DNA of 64,000 bases from contig PNKV01000013.1 of the NCBI GenBank assembly GCA_013822685.1, forward strand, positions 13,095 through 77,094. The letters run 5' to 3'. Origin of the DNA: Leptothrix sp. (in: b-proteobacteria). GTDB lineage: Bacteria; Pseudomonadota; Gammaproteobacteria; Burkholderiales; Burkholderiaceae_C. Below the pieces are notes generated by a model that ran no database searches, had not been told where the DNA came from, and was given only the letters and a program-made list of their open reading frames with translations. Position 1 is the stretch's first letter; every line of letters starts with the position of its first letter. The position numbers and the translations under genes were made by a program. Shown piece by piece: positions 9,384-17,803 of the stretch.

Positions 9384-11033
9384 ATGATGTCCTCCTACTC
9401 CCACCGCATCCGACCCCGTGGGATGACCCTGTTCGCGCTGCTCATCGCTGTGGTCATGGTCATCCCGCTGCTGTCCGTGGCCACCAATGTGTTCAATGCG
9501 GGCACCACCGGCACCTGGACTCACCTGATGGACACGGTGATGCCCGACTACATCATCGCCACCGTGGTGTTGTGCCTGGGCGTGGGCATCGGCACGGCGC
9601 TGGTGGGCGTGGGCGCGGCCTGGCTGGTCACGCATTGCGAGTTTCCGGGGCGCCGCGTTTTTGAATGGGCCCTGGTGCTACCGCTGGCCATGCCGGCCTA
9701 TGTGATGGCTTATGCCTACACCGATGTCCTTCAGTTCTCCGGCCCCGTTCAAACCTGGCTTCGGGCCAGCCTGGGCTGGACCCGTGCCGACTACTGGTTC
9801 CCCGACGTCCGCACCCTGGCCGGGGCCATCTTCATGTTCATCGGGGTGCTGTACCCCTACGTGTACATGCTGACCCGAACCGCTTTTCTGGAAAGAGGCG
9901 GCGCCGTGACCGAAGCCGCCCGGTCTCTGGGCTTGAGCCCGTGGCAAAGCTTCATCAGGGTCTCGCTGCCGATTGCGCGCCCGGCCATCGCCGCCGGAAT
10001 GGCCTTGGCTTTGATGGAAACACTGGCCGACTACGGCACCGTTTCCTACTTTGCCGTTCAAACCTTCACCACCGGCATCTACCGGGCCTGGTTCTCATTG
10101 GGCGACCGCGTGGCTGCTACCCAGTTGGCGATGTGCCTGCTGGGCTTTGTGCTGGTGGTCTTGAGCATCGAGCAAAGCTCACGCGGACGGGCCCGCTTCC
10201 ACGGCACCGGCTTGCGCAAACCCTCGCGAGGCCACCGCCTGCGCCCCTGGCAATCGGGCTTGGCCGTGGTGGCCTGCCTGATCCCTCTGCTGGTCGGCTT
10301 CGTGCTGCCCGCAGGCGTGATGCTGCACATGGCCCTGACCGACGGCGATGCCCAGTTCGGCGCGCGCTTCCTGACCTTGGCGCGCAACAGTTTTATGGTC
10401 TCGGCCATGACGGCCATGCTGGCGGTGGCGCTGGCCCTCATCGTGGCTTATGCCAGGCGCCTGCACCCCACGCTTTGGACGGGCATGGCCCACAAAGCCG
10501 TGGGCATGGGCTATGCCCTGCCGGGGTCCGTGATCGCCGTGGGCGTTTTGATCCCGGTCACCCAACTGGACAACGCCCTGGTATCGGCCTTGAAGACCCA
10601 CCTGGGTTGGCAAGGCGGCTTGATCCTCACGGGCGGCATCGCCGCGCTGGTGTACGCCTGCCTGGTTCGCTTCCTGACCGCCGCCCTGCAAAACGTGGAC
10701 GCCGCCTTGCACCGGGTCACGCCCCACATGGACGACGCGGCGCGCAGCCTGGGGCTGTCCCCAGGCAAGACCTTGCTCAGGGTGCACCTGCCCCTGCTTC
10801 GGCGAGGCCTGCTGACCGCAGGGCTGCTTGTGTTCATCGATGTGATGAAGGAGTTGCCCGCCACACTGGTCATGCGGCCGTTCAACTTCGACACGCTGGC
10901 CACGCAGGTCTACAACCTGGCCTCGGACGAGCGATTGAGCGAAGCCTCCACCGCCGCCCTGGCCATCGTGGCGGTGGGCCTGGTGCCGCTCATCATCTTG
11001 TGTCGGCAGATTGCCGCCGAGCGGCAAGCTTGA
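9384..11033 (+). CDS. fbpB: Fe3+-type ABC transporter permease (two-repeat)
   Basis: LPLAMPAYVMAY, EAARSLG, LADYGTV, KELPATL.MRPFNFDTLA. Confidence 0.9.
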   Translation: MMSSYSHRIRPRGMTLFALLIAVVMVIPLLSVATNVFNAGTTGTWTHLMDTVMPDYIIATVVLCLGVGIGTALVGVGAAWLVTHCEFPGRRVFEWALVLPLAMPAYVMAYAYTDVLQFSGPVQTWLRASLGWTRADYWFPDVRTLAGAIFMFIGVLYPYVYMLTRTAFLERGGAVTEAARSLGLSPWQSFIRVSLPIARPAIAAGMALALMETLADYGTVSYFAVQTFTTGIYRAWFSLGDRVAATQLAMCLLGFVLVVLSIEQSSRGRARFHGTGLRKPSRGHRLRPWQSGLAVVACLIPLLVGFVLPAGVMLHMALTDGDAQFGARFLTLARNSFMVSAMTAMLAVALALIVAYARRLHPTLWTGMAHKAVGMGYALPGSVIAVGVLIPVTQLDNALVSALKTHLGWQGGLILTGGIAALVYACLVRFLTAALQNVDAALHRVTPHMDDAARSLGLSPGKTLLRVHLPLLRRGLLTAGLLVFIDVMKELPATLVMRPFNFDTLATQVYNLASDERLSEASTAALAIVAVGLVPLIILCRQIAAERQA

Positions 11034-11034
11034 T

Positions 11035-12060
11035 TCAGCGCCAGCCAGCGCGGTCGAACACCTTCTGAGCCAGCACCGCGTTGGCACCCAGTTGGCCCAC
11101 GGGCAGCGCATCAGCCTTGAAGGCCCCCAAGGACTCCAGCGCCGGGTTTTTGACCTTGGCCGAGCTGACCACGGGCCACTCGTTGTTGCCATCGGCAAAG
11201 TAAGCCTGGGCCTCATCGCTGCTCAGGTACTCCAGGAAACGAATGGCCGCGTCGCGGTTCGGCGCGGTCTTGATCACACCAGCGCCCGACACGTTGATAT
11301 GCGTGCCCCAGGACTTCTGGTTGGGCCAGGCCACGCCCAGGTCTTTGACCACCTGCAGATCTTCGGGCTTGCTGGAGCGCATGAGCCGCGCCAGGTAGTA
11401 GCTGTTTGAAATGGCCACGCCGCATTCGCCAGACGCCACCGCCTTGATCTGGTCGGTGTCTCCGCCCTTGGGCGAGCGGGCAAAGTTGGCCACCAGGCCC
11501 TTGGCCCAGGCTTCGGTCTTGGCCTCGCCCAGGTGAGCGATCATGGCCCCGCCGAGCGACAGGTTGTAGGGGTGCGAGCCCGAGCGCACGCAAACTTGCC
11601 CCTTCAAGCGCGGCAAGGCCAAGTCTTCATAGGTTTGAACCATGTCGGCCTTGATGGTGGCCTTGTTGTAGACGATCAAGCGGGCCCTGGTTGAAAACGC
11701 CACCCACGTCGGCGTGCGCAAAGTGGCTGGAATGCGGGCTTCCAGTACCTTGGATTGCCAGGGTTGAAACAGCCCGGCCTTGTCCGCGACCTCAAGGCGC
11801 GACGCATCCACCGTGATCAGCAGATCGGCCGGGCCATTGGCGCCCTCGTTTTTGATCCGCTCCAGCAACTCGTCTTCCTTGCCATCCAGGCGGTTGATCT
11901 TGATGCCGGTCTGCTTGGTGAAGTTGGCGTACATCGCCTCGTCGGTTTGATAGTGGCGGGCTGAGTAGATGTTGAGCACGCCGCCCGATTGAGCATGAGC
12001 ACTGACCACGGCGGCGCCTGCAAGCACCCCAGTTAAAACGGTTTTGACGAAGATGTTCAT
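11035..12060 (-). CDS. fbpA: Fe3+ ABC substrate-binding protein (FbpA/FutA type)
   Basis: Signal peptide, LNIYSARHY, ADLLITVDA, HPYNLSL, SNSYYLAR, NNEWPV. Confidence 0.9.
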   Translation of the reverse strand: MNIFVKTVLTGVLAGAAVVSAHAQSGGVLNIYSARHYQTDEAMYANFTKQTGIKINRLDGKEDELLERIKNEGANGPADLLITVDASRLEVADKAGLFQPWQSKVLEARIPATLRTPTWVAFSTRARLIVYNKATIKADMVQTYEDLALPRLKGQVCVRSGSHPYNLSLGGAMIAHLGEAKTEAWAKGLVANFARSPKGGDTDQIKAVASGECGVAISNSYYLARLMRSSKPEDLQVVKDLGVAWPNQKSWGTHINVSGAGVIKTAPNRDAAIRFLEYLSSDEAQAYFADGNNEWPVVSSAKVKNPALESLGAFKADALPVGQLGANAVLAQKVFDRAGWR

Positions 12061-12107
12061 GAGCTTTCGGCCGGTTGGCGTCCAATTTATCCTTCAAAAA
12101 TAATAAC

Positions 12108-12126
12108 AGCAATGATTCTTATTTGA
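12108..12126 (-). promoter_or_regulatory. Putative Fur box upstream of fbpA
   Basis: TCAAATAAGAATCATTGCT matches GATAATGATAATCATTATC at 11/19 including the AATCATT core; AT-rich island. Confidence 0.55.
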
Positions 12127-12166
12127 TGGCTCGTGGGTGTCACGCTTTTTGCTTACCATTGAGCCC

Positions 12167-12766
12167 ATGCTGACCGTCAATAAACTCCTCCCTCAGGGCC
12201 AAGGCCTGGCCAACGCGCTGCTCAAGCGCGCCCACACCGTTGAACTCGACTGGGACGTTCGCCAGAAAAGCCGATTCGACGCCACCGACAGCGCCGGTCG
12301 GCAACTGGGCATCTTCCTGAGCCGGGGCACCGCCGTGCGCGGTGGCGACGTGCTGGTGGCCGAAGACGGCTCGCTGATCCGCGTCACCGCCAAGCCCCAG
12401 CCCGTGCTGGTGATCACGCCCTGCGCCGAGCAGGGCAAGGCTTTCGACCTGGTCCGCGCCGCCTACCACCTGGGCAACCGCCATGTGCAGATCGAGCTGC
12501 AGCCCGATCACCTGAAGATCGAGCCCGACCATGTGCTGGCCGACATGCTGCGCGCCATGCACCTCACCGTGGTCGAAGCCCACACCACCTTTGAACCTGA
12601 AGGCGGGGCCTATGCGGCTGGTGGCGGGCACGCTCATGGCCATGAAGGCCACGGCCATGCCGCCCCAGCCGCACCCGCGCGCGGCAAGCCTGTTGGCGTC
12701 GCCGTGAAATCCGCCGCAGCGCCGCACGTTCACGGCCCCGGCTGCAACCACGGCCACGATCACTGA
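12167..12766 (+). CDS. ureE: Urease accessory protein UreE
   Basis: [29 protein letters not shown], His-rich tail. Confidence 0.96.
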   Translation: MLTVNKLLPQGQGLANALLKRAHTVELDWDVRQKSRFDATDSAGRQLGIFLSRGTAVRGGDVLVAEDGSLIRVTAKPQPVLVITPCAEQGKAFDLVRAAYHLGNRHVQIELQPDHLKIEPDHVLADMLRAMHLTVVEAHTTFEPEGGAYAAGGGHAHGHEGHGHAAPAAPARGKPVGVAVKSAAAPHVHGPGCNHGHDH

Positions 12767-13521
12767 TGCCCAAGGTCTTGGCCGCCGCCGGGCCTTTGAG
12801 CGCCGCGGCCCGACTCCAGTTGATGTGGCTGGCCTCGCCCGCCTTGCCCGTGGGCGGTTTCAGCTACTCAGAAGTATTGGAAGCCGCTGTCGAATCAGGC
12901 CGGGTGACCAACGAGGCCACCGCCGGCGCCTGGCTGCGCGATCAATTGCACCTGAGCCTGGCCCGCGCCGACCTGGCCGTGGTGGCCAAGGCCCTGCCCG
13001 CCTGGCAGCGTCACGATCTGAGCCGCATCACCGAGCTCAACGACTGGGTGGCGCACACGCGCGAAACCACCGAGTTGAAACTGCAGGCCGAACAGATGGG
13101 CCGCTCGCTGGTGGAATGGTTGCGCAACCGGGGCGCCTCCGTGGCCCCTAACGATCCGCGCCTGGCCCAATGCGCCGGCTTGAAACCCGCGCCCACGTGG
13201 CCGGTGGCCTTCGCCTTGGCGGTGGCCCAGTGCCTGCCCGACAACCCCGGCAGCACGGCCCCTCACAGCCACATCGTCAAGGACACCTTGTTGAGCTTTG
13301 CCTTTGGCTGGGCCGAGAACATGGTGCAGGCCGCCATCAAGTCCGTTCCGCTGGGCCAAAGCGCCGGCCAACGCATCTTGCAAAGCCTGATTGACGAGAT
13401 CCCCGCGGCCATTGACCACGCGTGCGCCCTGCCCGACAGCGAGCGCCAGGCCTTCACACCCATGCTGGCCATCCTGAGCAGCCAGCATGAAACCCAATAC
13501 TCACGCCTATTCCGATCATGA
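12766..13521 (+). CDS. ureF: Urease accessory protein UreF
   Basis: [34 protein letters not shown]. Confidence 0.96.
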   Translation: MPKVLAAAGPLSAAARLQLMWLASPALPVGGFSYSEVLEAAVESGRVTNEATAGAWLRDQLHLSLARADLAVVAKALPAWQRHDLSRITELNDWVAHTRETTELKLQAEQMGRSLVEWLRNRGASVAPNDPRLAQCAGLKPAPTWPVAFALAVAQCLPDNPGSTAPHSHIVKDTLLSFAFGWAENMVQAAIKSVPLGQSAGQRILQSLIDEIPAAIDHACALPDSERQAFTPMLAILSSQHETQYSRLFRS

Positions 13522-14165
13522 GCACCAACCTGCACAACATCCCCAACCGCACCAAGAAACTGCCCCCTCTGCGCGTAGGCGTGGGCGGCCCAGTTGGCTC
13601 CGGCAAGACCACCTTGGTTGAAATGCTCTGCAAGGGCATGCGCGACACCTACGACCTGGTCGTCGTCACCAACGACATCTACACCAAGGAAGACCAGCGC
13701 CTGCTGACCGTGGCCGGCGCGCTGGAGCCCGAGCGCATCATGGGCGTGGAAACCGGCGGCTGCCCGCACACCGCCATCCGCGAAGACGCCTCCATCAACC
13801 TGGAAGCCGTTGACCGCATGCTGGCCAAGTACCCCAACGCCGACATCGTTTTCATCGAATCAGGCGGTGACAACCTGGCCGCCACCTTCAGCCCGGAGTT
13901 GAGCGACCTGACCATCTATGTGATCGACGTGGCGGCGGGCGAGAAGATCCCGCGCAAAGGTGGCCCCGGCATCACCAAGAGCGATTTGTTCGTCATCAAC
14001 AAGACCGACCTGGCACCGCACGTGGGCGCCAATCTGGAGGTGATGGAGGCCGACACCAAACGCATGCGCCCGGCACGGCCTTTTGTGATGAGCAACCTGA
14101 AGACCAAGGCAGGGCTGGATGAAGTGATCGCTTTCATCCAAACCAAAGGCTTGCTCAAGAGCTGA
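13518..14165 (+). CDS. ureG: Urease accessory GTPase UreG
   Basis: [27 protein letters not shown]. Confidence 0.98.
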   Translation: MSTNLHNIPNRTKKLPPLRVGVGGPVGSGKTTLVEMLCKGMRDTYDLVVVTNDIYTKEDQRLLTVAGALEPERIMGVETGGCPHTAIREDASINLEAVDRMLAKYPNADIVFIESGGDNLAATFSPELSDLTIYVIDVAAGEKIPRKGGPGITKSDLFVINKTDLAPHVGANLEVMEADTKRMRPARPFVMSNLKTKAGLDEVIAFIQTKGLLKS

Positions 14166-14240
14166 TGGTGGCCCCAGCAGGAATCGAACCTGCATCTGCC
14201 CCTTAGGAGGGGGCTGTTCTATCCATTGAACCATGGAGCC
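14166..14240 (-). tRNA. tRNA-Arg (anticodon CCT)
   Basis: GGCTCCA/TGGGGCC acceptor stem, GCCCC-CTCCTAA-GGGGC anticodon arm, GGTTCGATTCC T arm, encoded CCA. Confidence 0.96.
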
Positions 14241-14260
14241 AAACCGACCGCAATTGTGCC

Positions 14261-15055
14261 TCAGGTCTCACGCCCAAGTTCCATGTGACGGCTTTCGTCC
14301 TTCAAGGCCACACCAGAGACACTCAAACGTCGGGCTTCGCTCAACAGATGCACCAGCTTGCGGGCGGCAGTTTCATAAGCCAGGCCTGCTGGCCGCACGT
14401 TGGAAATGCAATTGCGCTCGGCGTCGGTTCGGCCTGGACGCGGCATCCAGGTCAAATACAGGCCCATGCTGTCGGGTGAACTGAGGCCTGGCCGTTCGCC
14501 GATCAGGATCACGACCAAGCGGGCACCCAGAAGCTCACCAATTTCATCAGCCACTGCCACGCGGCCTTGCTCGACGATGACCAAGGGGGCAATTGACCAT
14601 GAGGGCTGCTCGATTTCTACGGTGGGCAGCAACTCCAGCGCCATCTGAATGACTGGCGCCGCGTGGGTGCCCACCGCCAAGGCGGACAAGCCATCGGCCA
14701 CGACGAAAGCCAGGTCGTGTTGGCGCCGTGACGCAAGGGGTGATGAGGCCATCAAGGCTTGCCGTGACGGCGCATCCAGGCACCGACCCAAGTCTGGCCT
14801 TTTCAAATAGGCATCCCGGTCCGCCGCGGCACTGTGCAACACCATGGTCTCGTGGCCCAGCGTGGCCAAAGCGGCCTGCAGCGATGGAACATCCAAGGCC
14901 AGGTGCACAGCATCCCTCGCCTTTGCATGCGCCAGCTGAAACGCCAACTGCGGCGCAGTCGGCAAACTCACACCCGCCCGCCCCAGGGCAATGCGCGCTT
15001 GGGTAAACCGGCGCAGCGCCAGCCAAGGGTTGTGGGTGACCGGAGGCTGGCTCAT
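14261..15055 (-). CDS. eutC: Ethanolamine ammonia-lyase light chain
   Basis: T.ARIALGRAG, YLKRPDLGR, VADGLSA, IGERPGLSSPDSMG.Y, RNCISN. Confidence 0.95.
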   Translation of the reverse strand: MSQPPVTHNPWLALRRFTQARIALGRAGVSLPTAPQLAFQLAHAKARDAVHLALDVPSLQAALATLGHETMVLHSAAADRDAYLKRPDLGRCLDAPSRQALMASSPLASRRQHDLAFVVADGLSALAVGTHAAPVIQMALELLPTVEIEQPSWSIAPLVIVEQGRVAVADEIGELLGARLVVILIGERPGLSSPDSMGLYLTWMPRPGRTDAERNCISNVRPAGLAYETAARKLVHLLSEARRLSVSGVALKDESRHMELGRET

Positions 15056-16413
15056 GGCGCCCCCAGCAAGGCATGCTGAAAGCCAGGCGGCAACTCGTCC
15101 AAAAGCCTGAAGCCCGCGCCCTCACCCTGCATGATCTGCATGTGCTGCAGCCAGGTCTCGAACTCGGGCGCCGGCCGCAAGCCGAGCACACGGCGCACAT
15201 ACAGCGCATCGTGGAACGAGGTGCTCTGGTAGTTGAGCATGATGTCGTCCGAGCCAGGCACCCCCATCACAAAGGTGCAGCCCGCCGTGGCCAGCAAGGT
15301 GAGCAGCACGTCCATGTCGTCCTGGTCGGCTTCGGCATGGTTGGTGTAGCAAACGTCGCAGCCCATGGGCAAGCCCAGCAATTTGCCGCAAAAGTGGTCC
15401 TCCAGCCCGGCGCGGATGATCTGCTTGCCGTCGTAGAGGTACTCGGGGCCAATGAAGCCGACCACGGTGTTCACCAGCAAGGGCTTAAAGTGCCTTGCCA
15501 CCGCGTAGGCGCGTGCTTCACAGGTTTGCTGATCGACACCGTGGTGGCCGTTGGCCGACAAGGCGCTGCCTTGGCCGGTCTCGAAGTACATGACGTTGTT
15601 GCCCACAGTGCCGCGTTTCAAGGCGAGCGCGGCCTCGCGCGCCTGGCCCAGCAAAGCCAGGTCGATGCCAAAACTGCGGTTGGTGGCTTCGGTGCCGCCA
15701 ATGGACTGGAACACCAGGTCCACCGGCGCACCACGCTCCATGGCCGCCATGGTGTTGGTGACGTGGGTGAGCACGCAGGATTGGGTGGGAATGGCGTATT
15801 GGTCAATGAGCTCGGCCATCATCGTCACCAGTTTGATGACCTGAGGCACGTTGTCGGTGGCCGGGTTGATGCCGATCACCGCATCTCCGCTGCCATACAG
15901 CAAGCCGTCGATCAAGCTGGCCGCGATGCCACTGGCGTCGTCGGTGGGGTGATTGGGCTGCAGGCGGGTGGCCAGCCGGCCCGTCAAGCCGATGGTGTTG
16001 CGAAAAGCCGTGACCACCCGGCACTTCTGGCCTACCAGGATCAGATCCTGGTTGCGCATGATCTTGCAAACGGCCGCCGCCATCTCAGGCGTGATGCCGG
16101 GCGCCACGGCAGCCAAGGTGTCGCTGTCGGTCTCGTCTTGCAACAGCCAGTTCCGGAAATCTCCCACCGTGAGGTGCGAAATCGGCGCAAAGGCCTGGGC
16201 ATCGTGGGTGTCGATGATCAGGCGCGTGACCTCGTCGTCCTCATAGGGAATCAGCGCCTGGTTCAAGAAAGTGCGCAAGGGCAAATCGACCAAGGCCATC
16301 TGCGCCACCACCCGCTCTTGTGCCGATTGCGCGGCAATGCCCGCCAAAAAGTCACCCGATCGCGCGGGTGTGGCCTTGGCCATCAGGTCCTTGAGGTCAC
16401 GAAATGCAGTCAT
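15052..16413 (-). CDS. eutB: Ethanolamine ammonia-lyase heavy chain
   Basis: RLQPNHPTDD, YFETGQGSALS, NTVVGFIGPEYL, GCDVCYTNH, MLNYQSTSFHD. Confidence 0.96.
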   Translation of the reverse strand: MTAFRDLKDLMAKATPARSGDFLAGIAAQSAQERVVAQMALVDLPLRTFLNQALIPYEDDEVTRLIIDTHDAQAFAPISHLTVGDFRNWLLQDETDSDTLAAVAPGITPEMAAAVCKIMRNQDLILVGQKCRVVTAFRNTIGLTGRLATRLQPNHPTDDASGIAASLIDGLLYGSGDAVIGINPATDNVPQVIKLVTMMAELIDQYAIPTQSCVLTHVTNTMAAMERGAPVDLVFQSIGGTEATNRSFGIDLALLGQAREAALALKRGTVGNNVMYFETGQGSALSANGHHGVDQQTCEARAYAVARHFKPLLVNTVVGFIGPEYLYDGKQIIRAGLEDHFCGKLLGLPMGCDVCYTNHAEADQDDMDVLLTLLATAGCTFVMGVPGSDDIMLNYQSTSFHDALYVRRVLGLRPAPEFETWLQHMQIMQGEGAGFRLLDELPPGFQHALLGAP

Positions 16414-16465
16414 GGCGAGACAAATTCAGCCCAGACCACCACAGTCTGCCTGATTTTGGGGAAGG

Positions 16466-16481
16466 CGGCACCCGCATTGCT
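16466..16481 (+). promoter_or_regulatory. Putative sigma54 promoter for the antiporter
   Basis: CGGCACCCGCATTGCT, GG 16467-68 and GC 16479-80, about 40 nt before ATG 16520. Confidence 0.65.
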
Positions 16482-16519
16482 GATAGGGGTGTTCCACCGA
16501 TTCATGGGTTGTATTTCAC

Positions 16520-17794
16520 ATGCACATTGCCTGGTTCGTGCTGGTGGGCGCCGTTCTGATCGCCATGGCCTTTTCAGGCCACCTGGTCAAACGGCTGCCC
16601 CTGTCCCCAGCCATCCTTTACCTGGGCGTTGGCGCGCTGATCGGGCCACTGGGCGTCCGCATGCTGGATCTGTCGCCACAAGACAGCATGCCGTGGCTTG
16701 AACTCCTCACGGAAGTGGCCGTGCTGATCACGCTGTTCACAGTGGGCTTGCGCTTGCGCGTGCCTTTTTCAATGTCAGCGTGGGCGGTGCCCTTGCGCCT
16801 GGCCACGGCGGGCATGGTCATCACCACGGCCTGCATTGCCTTGATCGGGTGGCTGCTGCTGGATTTGCCCTGGCCTGCCTTGCTGCTGCTGGGGGCCATC
16901 CTGTCGCCCACCGACCCGGTGCTGGCCTCCGAGGTGCAGATCCGCCACCCCGCTGACCGCGACGACTTGCGCTTCTCGCTGACCGCCGAAGGGGGGCTCA
17001 ACGACGGCATGGCCTTCCCTGGCGTCATGTTGGCACTGGGATTGATGGGCTTGCATGAGATCGGCGACCTGGGCTGGCGCTGGCTGGCTGTCGATGTCGT
17101 GTGGGCGGTGGCGTCCAGCCTGGTGCTGGGCTGGTTGTGCGGCTACGCTGTGGGCCGATCCGTCCACGCCTTGCGGCAAAGCGGGCATGCCCTTGACGCG
17201 GAAGAGTTCCTGGCCTGTGGGGTGATCGCCCTGGTGTACGGCGCCGCGCTGGCCATCCACGCCTATGGCTTCCTGGCCGTGTTCGCGGCGGGTGCCGCCA
17301 TGTCTTATTGCGAGCGCGCCATGCGGGCCGACAAGATTCCCCTTCCCCACCAGGATGGGGCCCATTCGTCGCGCTTGATCCACTTCAGCGCGCAGAGCGA
17401 GCACCTGGCCGAGGTGGCCATCGTGCTGATCATCGGGGCGTCGCTGGCATCGGTCGATTGGCATTGGGCCACCGTGGCGTTCGCGCTCTTGGTGATGGTG
17501 GTGGCACGCCCGGTGTCGGTTCTGGCCACGGTGCCTTTGCACCTGATCGACCGGCCACAGCGGCGGTTGGTGGCCTGGTTTGGCATCCGCGGCGTGGGAT
17601 CGGTGTACTACCTGGCCTATGCCATCAACCACGGCATCGACGGCAGCGTTGCGCACACCTTGACCAGCGCAGTCATGATCACGATATTCGCGTCGATCCT
17701 GGCCCACGGCATCAGCGCCACGCCCTTGATGAGCCGCTATATGCGCCTCAAAAGACGGCAGCCCAAACCCCACCGTGGCCAGGAACGGGGTTGA
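16520..17794 (+). CDS. CPA1 (NhaP-like) cation:proton antiporter
   Basis: About 12 TM segments, ILSPTDPVLA, EGGLNDG, RP and WFGIRGVGS motifs. Confidence 0.88.
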   Translation: MHIAWFVLVGAVLIAMAFSGHLVKRLPLSPAILYLGVGALIGPLGVRMLDLSPQDSMPWLELLTEVAVLITLFTVGLRLRVPFSMSAWAVPLRLATAGMVITTACIALIGWLLLDLPWPALLLLGAILSPTDPVLASEVQIRHPADRDDLRFSLTAEGGLNDGMAFPGVMLALGLMGLHEIGDLGWRWLAVDVVWAVASSLVLGWLCGYAVGRSVHALRQSGHALDAEEFLACGVIALVYGAALAIHAYGFLAVFAAGAAMSYCERAMRADKIPLPHQDGAHSSRLIHFSAQSEHLAEVAIVLIIGASLASVDWHWATVAFALLVMVVARPVSVLATVPLHLIDRPQRRLVAWFGIRGVGSVYYLAYAINHGIDGSVAHTLTSAVMITIFASILAHGISATPLMSRYMRLKRRQPKPHRGQERG

Positions 17795-17803
17795 TGGGCC
17801 CCC

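Noticed and set aside
5773-12060. Iron-dependent urease suggested by the adjacent Fe ABC genes
   Set aside because: UreC ligands are canonical and Ni-handling UreE (His tail), UreF, UreG and UreJ are present; nothing in the sequence favours Fe
12138-12153. TGTCACG-CTTT-TTGCT as a sigma54 promoter for ureE
   Set aside because: The invariant -24 GG is GT and the TSS would fall about 3 nt before the ATG; a leaderless sigma70 -10 explains the region as well
14166-14240. tRNA-Arg or tRNA-Ser as an island integration site
   Set aside because: I saw no duplicated tRNA 3' end, integrase or compositional shift in the window
16414-16432. GAGACAAATTC shared just upstream of the eutB and cysS (62242) start codons
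   Set aside because: Only two copies, unrelated genes and different offsets; probably chance
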